Shown here one piece after another: positions 26,506 to 35,285 of a stretch of 64,000 nucleotides of DNA. Source of the DNA: Desulfosudaceae bacterium (GTDB lineage Bacteria; Desulfobacterota; Desulfobacteria; Desulfobacterales; Desulfosudaceae); contig CAXXDV010000002.1 in NCBI GenBank assembly GCA_963674745.2, positions 67,628 to 131,627 on the forward strand. Direction: 5' to 3'. Both the position numbers and the translations under genes were made by a program. The notes under the pieces are model-generated. The model ran no database searches. It was not told the DNA's origin and saw only the letters and a program-made list of their open reading frames with translations. Positions within the stretch are counted from its first letter, which is position 1. The number at the start of each line of letters is the position of its first letter.

Positions 26506-29500
26506 TTATTGCCAGGGGTTGTCCATTTTATAGGGATTATCTTGCCTATAGGGATTGTCTTGTCTATAGGGATTATCACCTTTATATGTATGGCTATGGT
26601 CCGGGGTCTCTGACGGCTGGTCGGTTTTTGTGCCATTCCCGGGTTGCGTGTCGGGGCCCAACGATACGCCCGGCTGATTATTGCCTTGCCCGGTTGGCGT
26701 GTCAGTTCCTAAAATAACGCCCGAGTCTGTCTCCGTAATGGTAACATTAACCCCGTCTGTTCCTGTGCCGTCAGTGCCGGAACCTGCGGCTGTTCCCGTT
26801 CCGGTCACATCAGTGCCGTCAGTGCCGGAACCTGCGGCTGTTCCCGTTCCGGTCACATCAGTACCGTCAGTGCCGGAACCTGTGGCTGTTCCCGTTCCGG
26901 TCACGTCAGTACCGTCAGTGCCGGAACCTGTGGCTGTTCCCGTTCCGGTCACGTCAGTACCGTCAGTGCCGGAACCTGCGGCTGTTCCCGTTCCGGTCAC
27001 ATCAGTACCGTCAGTGCCGGAACCTGTGGCTGTTCCCGTTCCGGTCACGTCAGTACCGTCAGTGCCGGAACCTGTGGCTGTTCCCGTTCCGGTCACGTCA
27101 GTGCCGTCAGTGCCGGAACCTGTGGCTGTTCCCGTTCCGGTCACGTCAGTGCCGTCAGTGCCGGAGGCCGACCCTGTTCCCGCTCCCGTTCCGGTCGAGC
27201 CGTCAATGCCCGTGCCCGTCCCCGCCAGGATTACATTGTCAGGTAGTACATCGCCCGTACCGTCACCGTTCCCCAGCATTCCGATCAGATCCTGGGCCAG
27301 TTTACCGCCGTTAAGCACCGGATTCGTGAGGATTTCGGTAATGGTGAGGCCCATGTCGAGGCTGGAGTCCACGACTTTCTGAACGTCTTCGGGCAGCATG
27401 TCATGCCATTGCTTGAATTTGTCCTTCCAACCCGAAAAGTTGCCCCCAACGGAGAGCCCATCGACCAGAACTTTTATGGAGCCAATTTTATCCAGCAATA
27501 ATGGTCCAAGCTTGCCCAGATCGTCCATCCACCCCGTCGGCAGTTTTATTTTGGAAAGGTCATCCAGTGCGTTTTTCCATTTAGAAAAATCACCTAAATC
27601 ATCCGGATTCATTCCCATAAAGGTCAAGAGCTTCTGGAATTTTCCCATTTGTGCAAATTTGTCAAGAGAACCGCCTATGTTTGCAAGTCCACCGCCGATG
27701 ATTCCGAGTATATCCAGCCGGAAATTCCTGCTGTCCGCTTCCTCTTTGGATATACGGCCATAATCTTTTTCTGTGTTAACGTAACCCTGGAGCCCGCTTA
27801 TGTAGCCGCCCAGCGCAAAAGCCGCGCAGGCCCAGCCCCCGGTTACAACACAGCCGGCGGCGCCCAGGCCAAAAAGACCGGCTTTCCACAAGGAAAAACT
27901 GCCATTGTCATAAAAGGTGTTTTCAATGGTGTTGATGGCCCAGACCTGTGCTCTTTCGGGTATGAAGCTGCAGGCATATGCCCCTGCTTTATTAACCAGA
28001 TTTTTGGCGCCGTTATAGGTGGCACTGGCGATCTGACCGGTTTTGGTGGCGATCTTTCCGCCCACTTCTACGGCTTTGGTGATTACGGCCGAGGCTGTAT
28101 TTTTAACTTTCTGGCCGATGGGTCGGACCCAGTTTTCATTAAACGAACGGGCTTTGGACGAGAGCCAGCTGCCGAATCCCCCGATATAAGGCGGCTGGGT
28201 CAGATAATCCGATCCCAGGGCGGAAGCGGCAAGGTTTATGGCCCGGGGATTGCCGATGCCTTTGACCACCACCATCCGTGAGCCGGCGGTAAAGACCACG
28301 TCGATACTGTCCGGATTCAGGTGCAGGAACGGTTCATTGCCCAGACGGGCACTTAAGTCGAACAGAAGACGGGCATCGGACAGGGTGTCGCTGCCCTTTA
28401 TTTTGTCCGGCGTGAAAAAGAATTCAATGTCGGCCAGGTTGTCAAACTGCTGCAGGCTGTCGGTGTAGGCCGTACCCAGTTCGGCCAGTTCCGGCCATAC
28501 CATGGCCGGGTTGGGGCAGTCGGGGCAGGACGGTGGACCGGCGGGCGTTATATCAATTTCCTTTGCCAGGGAGGTCATCCTTTCAGCAACCATCAGGCGG
28601 GTTTTGAGCTGCTCGGCAGCACCGGTCAGAAATTCAAAATAGGGTTGACCGGCAGCGTCCGGATTCTGCTCCAACGCCTTTGCCATGGCACTGGTTTTTG
28701 ATTTGTAAAAGGACCGGCCCCGGGCGACTATTTCCCGGCCCAGGTTTTTCAGGTCTTTGGCCAGGCCGGCATCGTCATCAAACAATTTCTGCATGGCCGC
28801 CAGTTCTTGTGCCAGATCATTTACGGCCTTGCTCCGAACCAGGCTGGTTTTTTCAAGTACCTGATAGGATTTGAGCCGCCCGGCCTGCTCAAAGTCCATA
28901 CCGGACAGCAGTGCGTAAAGGCGGATATCCACTTTCAGGGAAGCTGCGTCCAGATTTTCGGCGGATAACATGAACTTTTCTATTTCACGATTCAGCCGGA
29001 AGGCTTTGGCCGAATCGGCCCGGTTGCCGATGATCCAGTCCGGATTGTCAAAATCAAGCCCCTCTGCCAGCGTGATGATCCGGTCAATATCGCCTGTCAG
29101 TGACGTCAGATGTTTCATGAACGCGGTGACGATTTGGGCGCTTTGATCGGTGATGTCGCGTTTTTTATCCGTCGGGATGCTTCCGGCTTCGTTGACCAGC
29201 GTCTTGAAGAAAACATGTTCCTGGCCCAGATAGCGTGTGGCCGTTTCCAGGGAGGCTTTTATGTCTGGAAGTATATTGGCCTTCAGGTGTGTCTGGGCGA
29301 TAAAGTCACGGGCAATCCTGCGGTATGTCTCGGCCAGGTCGCGGCTTTGGTCGGATGCGCCAAGACCCGGTGCAACATAGAAGGGGTTGGGGACAACGTC
29401 GGTCGTACCCAGTTGCCCCAGTGTCTGGTCAATCAGTTTAGTGCGATACTCAAGGGCCCGGGTAATCTGGTCAAGAAGCCCGGCATGGTGACGGGCATTG

Positions 29501-30336
29501 GCATCTTTCTGGTCGTTTAAAAATTCGGACTGTTGGCGGATGACATCGATCAGGTCCCGGGTTTTGCCGCGGTCCTGGGACAGATCTGCCGCCAGTGCCC
29601 CGTTATAATCGGTCCGGGCTTTCTGATAGCGGGCTTTTAAGGTCAGAAGCTGGCGGTTGTGGTACACCGCCAGATCAGCCATGTCATTCATTTCTGCGTT
29701 GGAGCGGTCGATCCGGGCTTTTATTGTTGAATATACTTCCGGATGATCAACCAGGTAATTGTTGACGACATTGTCGGAAAGGGCACCGATTTTATACAGC
29801 AGGGCGCTTTTCATGTCCCACAGACCGTCCTGGCTGGTATAGAGCGATGCCAGATTCCGGGCGCGTTCCATAAACCCGTCCGGCACCAGGCCGGTGGCGG
29901 TTATTTTTTCATGATCGGCCATGAGCCGTTTTTCCAAGCGCCGTTGCCTGGCGTGGAGCTCGAGTTCCACGGGTGCGGTTTTTTCGGAAAGATAGCGCCG
30001 CCCGGAATTGGCTTCGGCCAGCAGATCGGCTATTTCCGGGTCTTTGATGTCGATGGAGAACCAGAACGTGTCTTTTTCCAGGATTTCATAAAGATCCTCC
30101 GTTGCCTTGCGCAGGCCTTCCCGGGGTGCCCGCGAGTCGGTGACATACTGGATAAACTCAGACAATAACTGCCGTTCTTGAGCGGAGACGGTTTCATCAA
30201 AAAGGCCGTCCAGGGAACTTGGTGCGGATTTTTTTCGTACGCCGGGCAGTGATTGCGCCATCAGCATCGGCGGAACCAGGGTTTGAAACAGGAAAATGAG
30301 CACCAACAGGATATGAAAATGTTTGTTTGACTTCAT
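26506..30336 (-). CDS. Large exported protein (1276 aa): helical body, hydrophobic Gly/Ala hairpin, Gly/Thr tandem repeats, DNPY tail
   Basis: Long ORF, ggag RBS, signal peptide. No family recognised. Confidence 0.8.
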   Translation of the reverse strand: MKSNKHFHILLVLIFLFQTLVPPMLMAQSLPGVRKKSAPSSLDGLFDETVSAQERQLLSEFIQYVTDSRAPREGLRKATEDLYEILEKDTFWFSIDIKDPEIADLLAEANSGRRYLSEKTAPVELELHARQRRLEKRLMADHEKITATGLVPDGFMERARNLASLYTSQDGLWDMKSALLYKIGALSDNVVNNYLVDHPEVYSTIKARIDRSNAEMNDMADLAVYHNRQLLTLKARYQKARTDYNGALAADLSQDRGKTRDLIDVIRQQSEFLNDQKDANARHHAGLLDQITRALEYRTKLIDQTLGQLGTTDVVPNPFYVAPGLGASDQSRDLAETYRRIARDFIAQTHLKANILPDIKASLETATRYLGQEHVFFKTLVNEAGSIPTDKKRDITDQSAQIVTAFMKHLTSLTGDIDRIITLAEGLDFDNPDWIIGNRADSAKAFRLNREIEKFMLSAENLDAASLKVDIRLYALLSGMDFEQAGRLKSYQVLEKTSLVRSKAVNDLAQELAAMQKLFDDDAGLAKDLKNLGREIVARGRSFYKSKTSAMAKALEQNPDAAGQPYFEFLTGAAEQLKTRLMVAERMTSLAKEIDITPAGPPSCPDCPNPAMVWPELAELGTAYTDSLQQFDNLADIEFFFTPDKIKGSDTLSDARLLFDLSARLGNEPFLHLNPDSIDVVFTAGSRMVVVKGIGNPRAINLAASALGSDYLTQPPYIGGFGSWLSSKARSFNENWVRPIGQKVKNTASAVITKAVEVGGKIATKTGQIASATYNGAKNLVNKAGAYACSFIPERAQVWAINTIENTFYDNGSFSLWKAGLFGLGAAGCVVTGGWACAAFALGGYISGLQGYVNTEKDYGRISKEEADSRNFRLDILGIIGGGLANIGGSLDKFAQMGKFQKLLTFMGMNPDDLGDFSKWKNALDDLSKIKLPTGWMDDLGKLGPLLLDKIGSIKVLVDGLSVGGNFSGWKDKFKQWHDMLPEDVQKVVDSSLDMGLTITEILTNPVLNGGKLAQDLIGMLGNGDGTGDVLPDNVILAGTGTGIDGSTGTGAGTGSASGTDGTDVTGTGTATGSGTDGTDVTGTGTATGSGTDGTDVTGTGTATGSGTDGTDVTGTGTAAGSGTDGTDVTGTGTATGSGTDGTDVTGTGTATGSGTDGTDVTGTGTAAGSGTDGTDVTGTGTAAGSGTDGTGTDGVNVTITETDSGVILGTDTPTGQGNNQPGVSLGPDTQPGNGTKTDQPSETPDHSHTYKGDNPYRQDNPYRQDNPYKMDNPWQ
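26510..26588 (-). repeat. Four 18-bp coding repeats at the C-terminus
   Basis: Encode YKGDNP-YRQDNP-YRQDNP-YKMDNP-WQ. Confidence 0.85.
26765..27165 (-). repeat. Eight near-identical 48-bp coding tandem repeats
   Basis: Unit gtcagtgccggaacctgyggctgttcccgttccggtcacrtcagtrcc encodes GTDGTDVTGTGTA(T/A)GS. Confidence 0.95.
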
Positions 30337-30369
30337 GTTCTGGCCGCTCCTAATTAAATGATCAACAGT

Positions 30370-31485
30370 TTAGTATGTTATCGGTATATCACAGTGCGTT
30401 ATAGACGCTAAAATTTTGTCGTTCTCGAACATTTTCAGGGGCAGATAAATCTGCTGTTTGTTTACCGCCGCTACCGGTTCCGGGGTCGTGCAATCGTAGT
30501 AGGTGGTTTGTCCTTTGTGGTCGAAACCGACCAGGGCGTGGTCAAAAATAAAGGGGTCGGGTATGGCCTTTTGAGTTGAATTCCGGGGCTTTCCGGTCAG
30601 CACCACAAATGTTTCAATATCCATTGCCCGCAGCAAGGCTGTTGCCAGCAGGGCAAAATCCTTGCAGTCTCCCCATTTACGTTGAAGCACAGTCAGAGGG
30701 GGATCCGGCAATAAGGCATGGCCTGAACCCGGGGATCGGCGGTAGACAATTTCACTATTCAAAAAACATAACACGGCCCGGATTTTCTCATCAGGCGAAC
30801 CTGTGGGATTGATATCCCCAAGTTGTATGGGAAGATCGCTTGGGAGCAGGCCGCCGCCCAGACGCTCTTGAAAATGAGACTGGTAACGCCGGGTGACTTG
30901 TTCCCAGGATATGGCCGTGGAAATGAAAATGTCCAGCCGGGAAACGTTTTTGCCGGACCAGGTGAAACGGTCCGCACAATCCATATCTTCCCGGGATTTG
31001 TGGTTTAGGACCACTTTACGAATAAAGGAAAGTCTCCGGGGAAATTGAATCCGGTAAGACACGTACTTGATCGGATCGCCTTGATTGATATGCATGGTAT
31101 CGGCGAAGAGGCCCTCAAAACCGGGGAAGTCTTTGGCGATGTCGACCGTTATGCTCACGCGTGTTCCCGGGGGCAGGTCATTTTGCGTAACCGGTTCCCA
31201 GGCGACACTGCTGCCGTCGGGTAACCGGACGTCGATCACCATCTGGATGGACTTATCCGGCCGGTCTTTAACTTGTCCGATGATTTGATGGAGCTTGCCG
31301 ACGTCATCCGGAGATGCGGCTTCATAAACACAGGTATAGTGGCCGGTGGCATGCCAGCCGGTGTCGAGGGCGATGTCTTTCGCACTGGAAAGGACGGTCA
31401 GGGCATGGGCCTGCCCCATGAGCCCGGACAGCAGGAATACCATTCCAAATATGATATGTCTTGTCCCGGGAGCGGTTTTTATCAT
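30370..31485 (-). CDS. Exported transglutaminase-like cysteine protease-fold protein
   Basis: Signal peptide; GDCKDFA, FDHA and YYDCT give a Cys-His-Asp triad. Confidence 0.85.
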   Translation of the reverse strand: MIKTAPGTRHIIFGMVFLLSGLMGQAHALTVLSSAKDIALDTGWHATGHYTCVYEAASPDDVGKLHQIIGQVKDRPDKSIQMVIDVRLPDGSSVAWEPVTQNDLPPGTRVSITVDIAKDFPGFEGLFADTMHINQGDPIKYVSYRIQFPRRLSFIRKVVLNHKSREDMDCADRFTWSGKNVSRLDIFISTAISWEQVTRRYQSHFQERLGGGLLPSDLPIQLGDINPTGSPDEKIRAVLCFLNSEIVYRRSPGSGHALLPDPPLTVLQRKWGDCKDFALLATALLRAMDIETFVVLTGKPRNSTQKAIPDPFIFDHALVGFDHKGQTTYYDCTTPEPVAAVNKQQIYLPLKMFENDKILASITHCDIPITY

Positions 31486-31519
31486 TTAAGTATTCCGGTA
31501 TACTGTGAGATTAAATCGT

Positions 31520-32425
31520 TTATCGGATATCGTAGCCAACCGTGTCGGTCAGTTCACCTTCCGCGGACTCATCTTTTTCCCGGCCGAAAATAATAATCCC
31601 CTTTCCGGCCAGGGGGTGCTCCCCTTTACTGACAATAAAAGGCTCGCCGCCTTCAGGGTAAACGAAGGTGCCGTTGGTGCTTTTATCCTTTACCAGAAAG
31701 ACGCCGTTGTGGTTTTCAATATAGGCATGGGTTCTGGAAATCCAGGAATAGCGGATGATGATATCGTTAAATTCCTCCCGGCCGATGGAAATCGTCGGTT
31801 TCTGGCGATCCACCACAATGGTCTCATCGCCGCGCGTCAGATAAAGATTCTTACTGATCAGCTTGGCGAGTTTCCGGGCGTCAATGACCGTGGTGGCGGT
31901 CTGCTCTTCACACAGGATTTCAAATAATTCCAGTTCGCCGGCAATGTTTTTGGCGGTAATATTGGTAATGTAACGGGTATGGTGGAGGGAATCGGCGGGC
32001 AACTGGTCAATGATTTCCCGGGTCACAATCGTCTGCCGTGGATTGGCGTAGTCCACGACCCGGGCGGTGGTGTTGACCGCGTCTCCGAATATGTCTTCAT
32101 TTTCCACCACTACCGGTCCGAAGTGAAGGCCGATATGGATGTATATGGCAGGCACATCGCTGGTGCCGGGGAAATACTCCGCCATGTCTTCCTGCATTAA
32201 TTTGGCGGCCGTGATGGCATTATCGGCCGAGGGGAAAGTGGAGATGATGGCATCACCGACCGTTTTGATAACACGCCCGTCATGTTTGACGGTCTGATCG
32301 CTCATCAACTGGAGAATTCTGCCCACGGTTTCCTGGGCGGCCTGGTCCCCAAGCTTTTCATAAATAATTGAACTTTTTGTGATATCGGCAAATAATATGG
32401 CCAGTTCGCTCGTTTGCTGGTTCAT
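31520..32425 (-). CDS. Class III adenylate cyclase with C-terminal FHA domain
   Basis: ILFADI, KTVGDA, DIFGDAVNTTAR (metal-binding Asp residues, adenine-specifying Lys/Asp, catalytic Asn/Arg). FHA motif IGR..SRTH..STNGT. Confidence 0.9.
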   Translation of the reverse strand: MNQQTSELAILFADITKSSIIYEKLGDQAAQETVGRILQLMSDQTVKHDGRVIKTVGDAIISTFPSADNAITAAKLMQEDMAEYFPGTSDVPAIYIHIGLHFGPVVVENEDIFGDAVNTTARVVDYANPRQTIVTREIIDQLPADSLHHTRYITNITAKNIAGELELFEILCEEQTATTVIDARKLAKLISKNLYLTRGDETIVVDRQKPTISIGREEFNDIIIRYSWISRTHAYIENHNGVFLVKDKSTNGTFVYPEGGEPFIVSKGEHPLAGKGIIIFGREKDESAEGELTDTVGYDIR

Positions 32426-32509
32426 GATACTAATTTAAGTTTGTTGGAATAAAACAACGTTACAATTAATCGCACATTCACCAGATTTTAGTGAAATATG
32501 ACTTTCTAG

Positions 32510-34180
32510 TCAATCATTTTCAGTCGCTGCGGCATCCCTCAGCTCCCGGCGCAGGATCTTGCCGACCGTGCTTTTGGGAAGCGACTCCACAAAGACGATT
32601 TCTTTCGGTACTTTATAGGCAGCCAGTTGTTCCCGGCAGAATGAAATCACCTCTTCTTCGGTCAGGTCTGCCCCCGGTGCTTTTACCACGCAAGCCCGGA
32701 TGGTCTCCCCGCGGTATTCATCCGGCACCCCTATGGTGCAGGCTTCGACGATGAGCGGGTGGCCGAACAGGACCTCGTCTATTTCGTTGGGATATACATT
32801 GTATCCGCTGCAGATGATCATGTCTTTTTTGCGGTCGACGATCTTCAGGTATCCCTCTTCATCCAGACAGCCGATGTCGCCGGTATGAAACCACCCGTCA
32901 ACGAGGGCTTTTCGGGTCTCTTGGGGCTTTTTATAGTATTCCTGCATGATCTGCGGCCCTCGGGCGCATATTTCGCCTTCACTGCCGACCGGTAACGCTT
33001 TGTCCGGTTCCTGGATGTCCACGATTTTGAGATCGGTGTTGGGAATCGGAATCCCCACCGTACCGCTTTTGATTTTGCCCCGCCAGGGCATGCAGGTGAC
33101 AAAGGCCGTTGTTTCCGTTGATCCGTAAACGTCATTGATCACCGCGCCATGGAGCTTTTTCAGCTGGTTGATGGTATCTTCCGGGAGCGGGGCGGCGCCG
33201 CCGAAATATCCTTTGACAAAGGAAAGATCGGCGTTTCTGAATTTTTCATTGTTCAGCAGGCCGGTATAAATGGTGGGGACACCGGGGAGAAAAGTGGGTT
33301 TGTATTTCAGTAGCATTTCCGTGATGATATTCGGTTCCGGCCGGGGGATAAGAATGCATGTCCAGCCTTTGAGTATGTTCATGTTCTGGCTGACATTGTA
33401 TCCGGCCACATGAAAAATCGGATATATGCCGAGAATACTTTCTTCGCCTTCTTTTAAGTCAAAAAACAGGGACACGAACTGCTGGATGGTGGAAGAAATG
33501 TTTGAATGGTTCAAAACGGCGCCTTTGCTGACCCCTGTCGTTCCGCCGGTGTAAAGGATGGCCGCGGGTTCATCCCAGCGGGCCAGGTTTTGAACGTCGC
33601 CCCCGTCATATTTTTTCATACAATCCATGAACTCGATGACGTTGTCCTGCGGCGTTATTTTTTTAAACATCTCTTTTTTGACAAAGGGAAACAGCTGTTT
33701 TTTGGGAAAGGGCAGGAAATCATTGATGTGGCAGGTGACAATTTTCGTCACCTTGGTTTTTTCTTTGATTTTCAGGACTCTCGGCAGCAGCAGGTCCAGG
33801 GTCACCACGACTTTGGCGTCAGAATCGTCCAGCTGATACTGCAGCTCGCGTTCCGTGTAAAGGGGGTTATTCATGGCGGTGACCGCGCCCACCCTGTAGG
33901 CCGCCTGGTTGGCGATAACGGCCTGGGGAATGTTGGGCAGAATCATGCCGATTTTATCGCCTTTGCCTATCCCCATATCCAGAAGTGCTTTTGCAAAGCG
34001 GTTGGCGTAATCCAGCAGTTGCCGAAACGAAATTTTTTTGCCCATATAAAGAAAGGCGGTCCGATCAGGAAATTTTGCGGCTGTCCGGTCAAGCGCTTCG
34101 GGCATGGTTATTTTTTCAATTACCGTATTGACGGGCACTTCTTTGTGGTAGGACCTGTGCCACGGGCGTTCTGCAGTCAT
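32510..34180 (-). CDS. Long-chain-fatty-acid--CoA ligase (FadD-like)
   Basis: YTGGTTGVSKG, YGSTE, TGDIG, PKSTVGKILRR. Start MTAERPW follows a ggaggg RBS. Confidence 0.93.
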   Translation of the reverse strand: MTAERPWHRSYHKEVPVNTVIEKITMPEALDRTAAKFPDRTAFLYMGKKISFRQLLDYANRFAKALLDMGIGKGDKIGMILPNIPQAVIANQAAYRVGAVTAMNNPLYTERELQYQLDDSDAKVVVTLDLLLPRVLKIKEKTKVTKIVTCHINDFLPFPKKQLFPFVKKEMFKKITPQDNVIEFMDCMKKYDGGDVQNLARWDEPAAILYTGGTTGVSKGAVLNHSNISSTIQQFVSLFFDLKEGEESILGIYPIFHVAGYNVSQNMNILKGWTCILIPRPEPNIITEMLLKYKPTFLPGVPTIYTGLLNNEKFRNADLSFVKGYFGGAAPLPEDTINQLKKLHGAVINDVYGSTETTAFVTCMPWRGKIKSGTVGIPIPNTDLKIVDIQEPDKALPVGSEGEICARGPQIMQEYYKKPQETRKALVDGWFHTGDIGCLDEEGYLKIVDRKKDMIICSGYNVYPNEIDEVLFGHPLIVEACTIGVPDEYRGETIRACVVKAPGADLTEEEVISFCREQLAAYKVPKEIVFVESLPKSTVGKILRRELRDAAATEND

Positions 34181-34361
34181 TATCCCCTCCTTTAATTTTG
34201 AACTATTATAGCCGATTACACTTTTTTTGGCCAATTGATTGTGCCGGGCAGAAATTTCTTTCACTTTGGCTTTTCGACGGTTATAACAAACATCTGTGTT
34301 GTGACCGCGGCCGCATGTCGTGATGATTTTAATATTTTTAGTTAAAGAAAGCGATGTCACT

Positions 34362-35285
34362 ATGTTGAGCCCCAATGCCAGAAGGTTTAATTTTGTTCTG
34401 AAAAACGTCATCAAACCGCCCCAGGCCGTTATGCCGATGACGCCGGCCATGATGCGCGGTTTAAGAAAGGTCGTTGACACCGGTAACAGGCTGATCAGCA
34501 GGGTGCCGCCGCATGTTTCCATCAAGCCCGTCAGGGCCGGCGGCGTCCCGGCAGAATGGGTGACGTGCGGGGAAGACATCAAGCCGTACAAGGTAATTTA
34601 TTATCTGCATGGCGGCGGGTATTTTTTCTGCTCTCCGGCCACCCATCGCGGTTTTACCTGGCGGCTTTCCAGGGAAACAAACCTTCGGGTGTTGAGCCTT
34701 GATTATCGAATGGTGCCGGAACATACCATTGACGACTGCTGCGCGGACGCGGTCAAAGGGTATCGCTGGCTGCTCGATCAGGGGTATGCACCATGGAATA
34801 TCGTTATCGGCGGTGATTCCGCCGGCGGCGGCCTGACCCTGTTGACGCTGCTGGCACTGCGCGATAAAGGGGTTCCGCTGCCGAAGGCGGCCTTCTGCCT
34901 TTCGCCGTTTGCGGACATGACCGCCACCAGCCCCACCTTTATCAGTAACTTGTCCAAAAGCCACCTGTTTCATAAGAACGCGCTGAAGCAGGTTGAAGCC
35001 TATTTATCCGCCGGAAAAGATCCCCGTGACCCTTCAATTTCTCCCGCCTTTGGAGACTACAAGGGATTACCGCCTTTGTTTATTCAGACAGCCGATACGG
35101 AACTGCTGCTGAATGATTCCCTGCTGGTGGTTGAAAATGCCAAAAAGGCCGGTGTCGAGGTGGAGCTGAAATTATGGCACAACCTGCCCCATGTGTTTTC
35201 CGTTTTTGCTGATTTTATCCCGGAAGGGAAAGAGGGGATTAAAGAGATCGCCGGCTTCGTGAACAAGCACCTTTTATCTGCTTAA
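34362..35285 (+). CDS. Alpha/beta hydrolase, HSL-family esterase/lipase
   Basis: HGGG, GDSAGG, PHVF. Confidence 0.92.
   Translation: MLSPNARRFNFVLKNVIKPPQAVMPMTPAMMRGLRKVVDTGNRLISRVPPHVSIKPVRAGGVPAEWVTCGEDIKPYKVIYYLHGGGYFFCSPATHRGFTWRLSRETNLRVLSLDYRMVPEHTIDDCCADAVKGYRWLLDQGYAPWNIVIGGDSAGGGLTLLTLLALRDKGVPLPKAAFCLSPFADMTATSPTFISNLSKSHLFHKNALKQVEAYLSAGKDPRDPSISPAFGDYKGLPPLFIQTADTELLLNDSLLVVENAKKAGVEVELKLWHNLPHVFSVFADFIPEGKEGIKEIAGFVNKHLLSA

Noticed and set aside
26765..27165. 48-bp repeat array as a CRISPR array
   Set aside because: The units are contiguous with no unique spacers, keep the reading frame of a long ORF, and no cas genes are present.
26765..27165. Ice-nucleation protein (16-aa period)
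   Set aside because: It lacks the AGYGST/SLT consensus and has only eight units.
34181..34591. N-terminal extension of the acyl-CoA ligase in the ORF track
   Set aside because: It overlaps the divergent esterase; a good RBS and family-typical start are at 34180.
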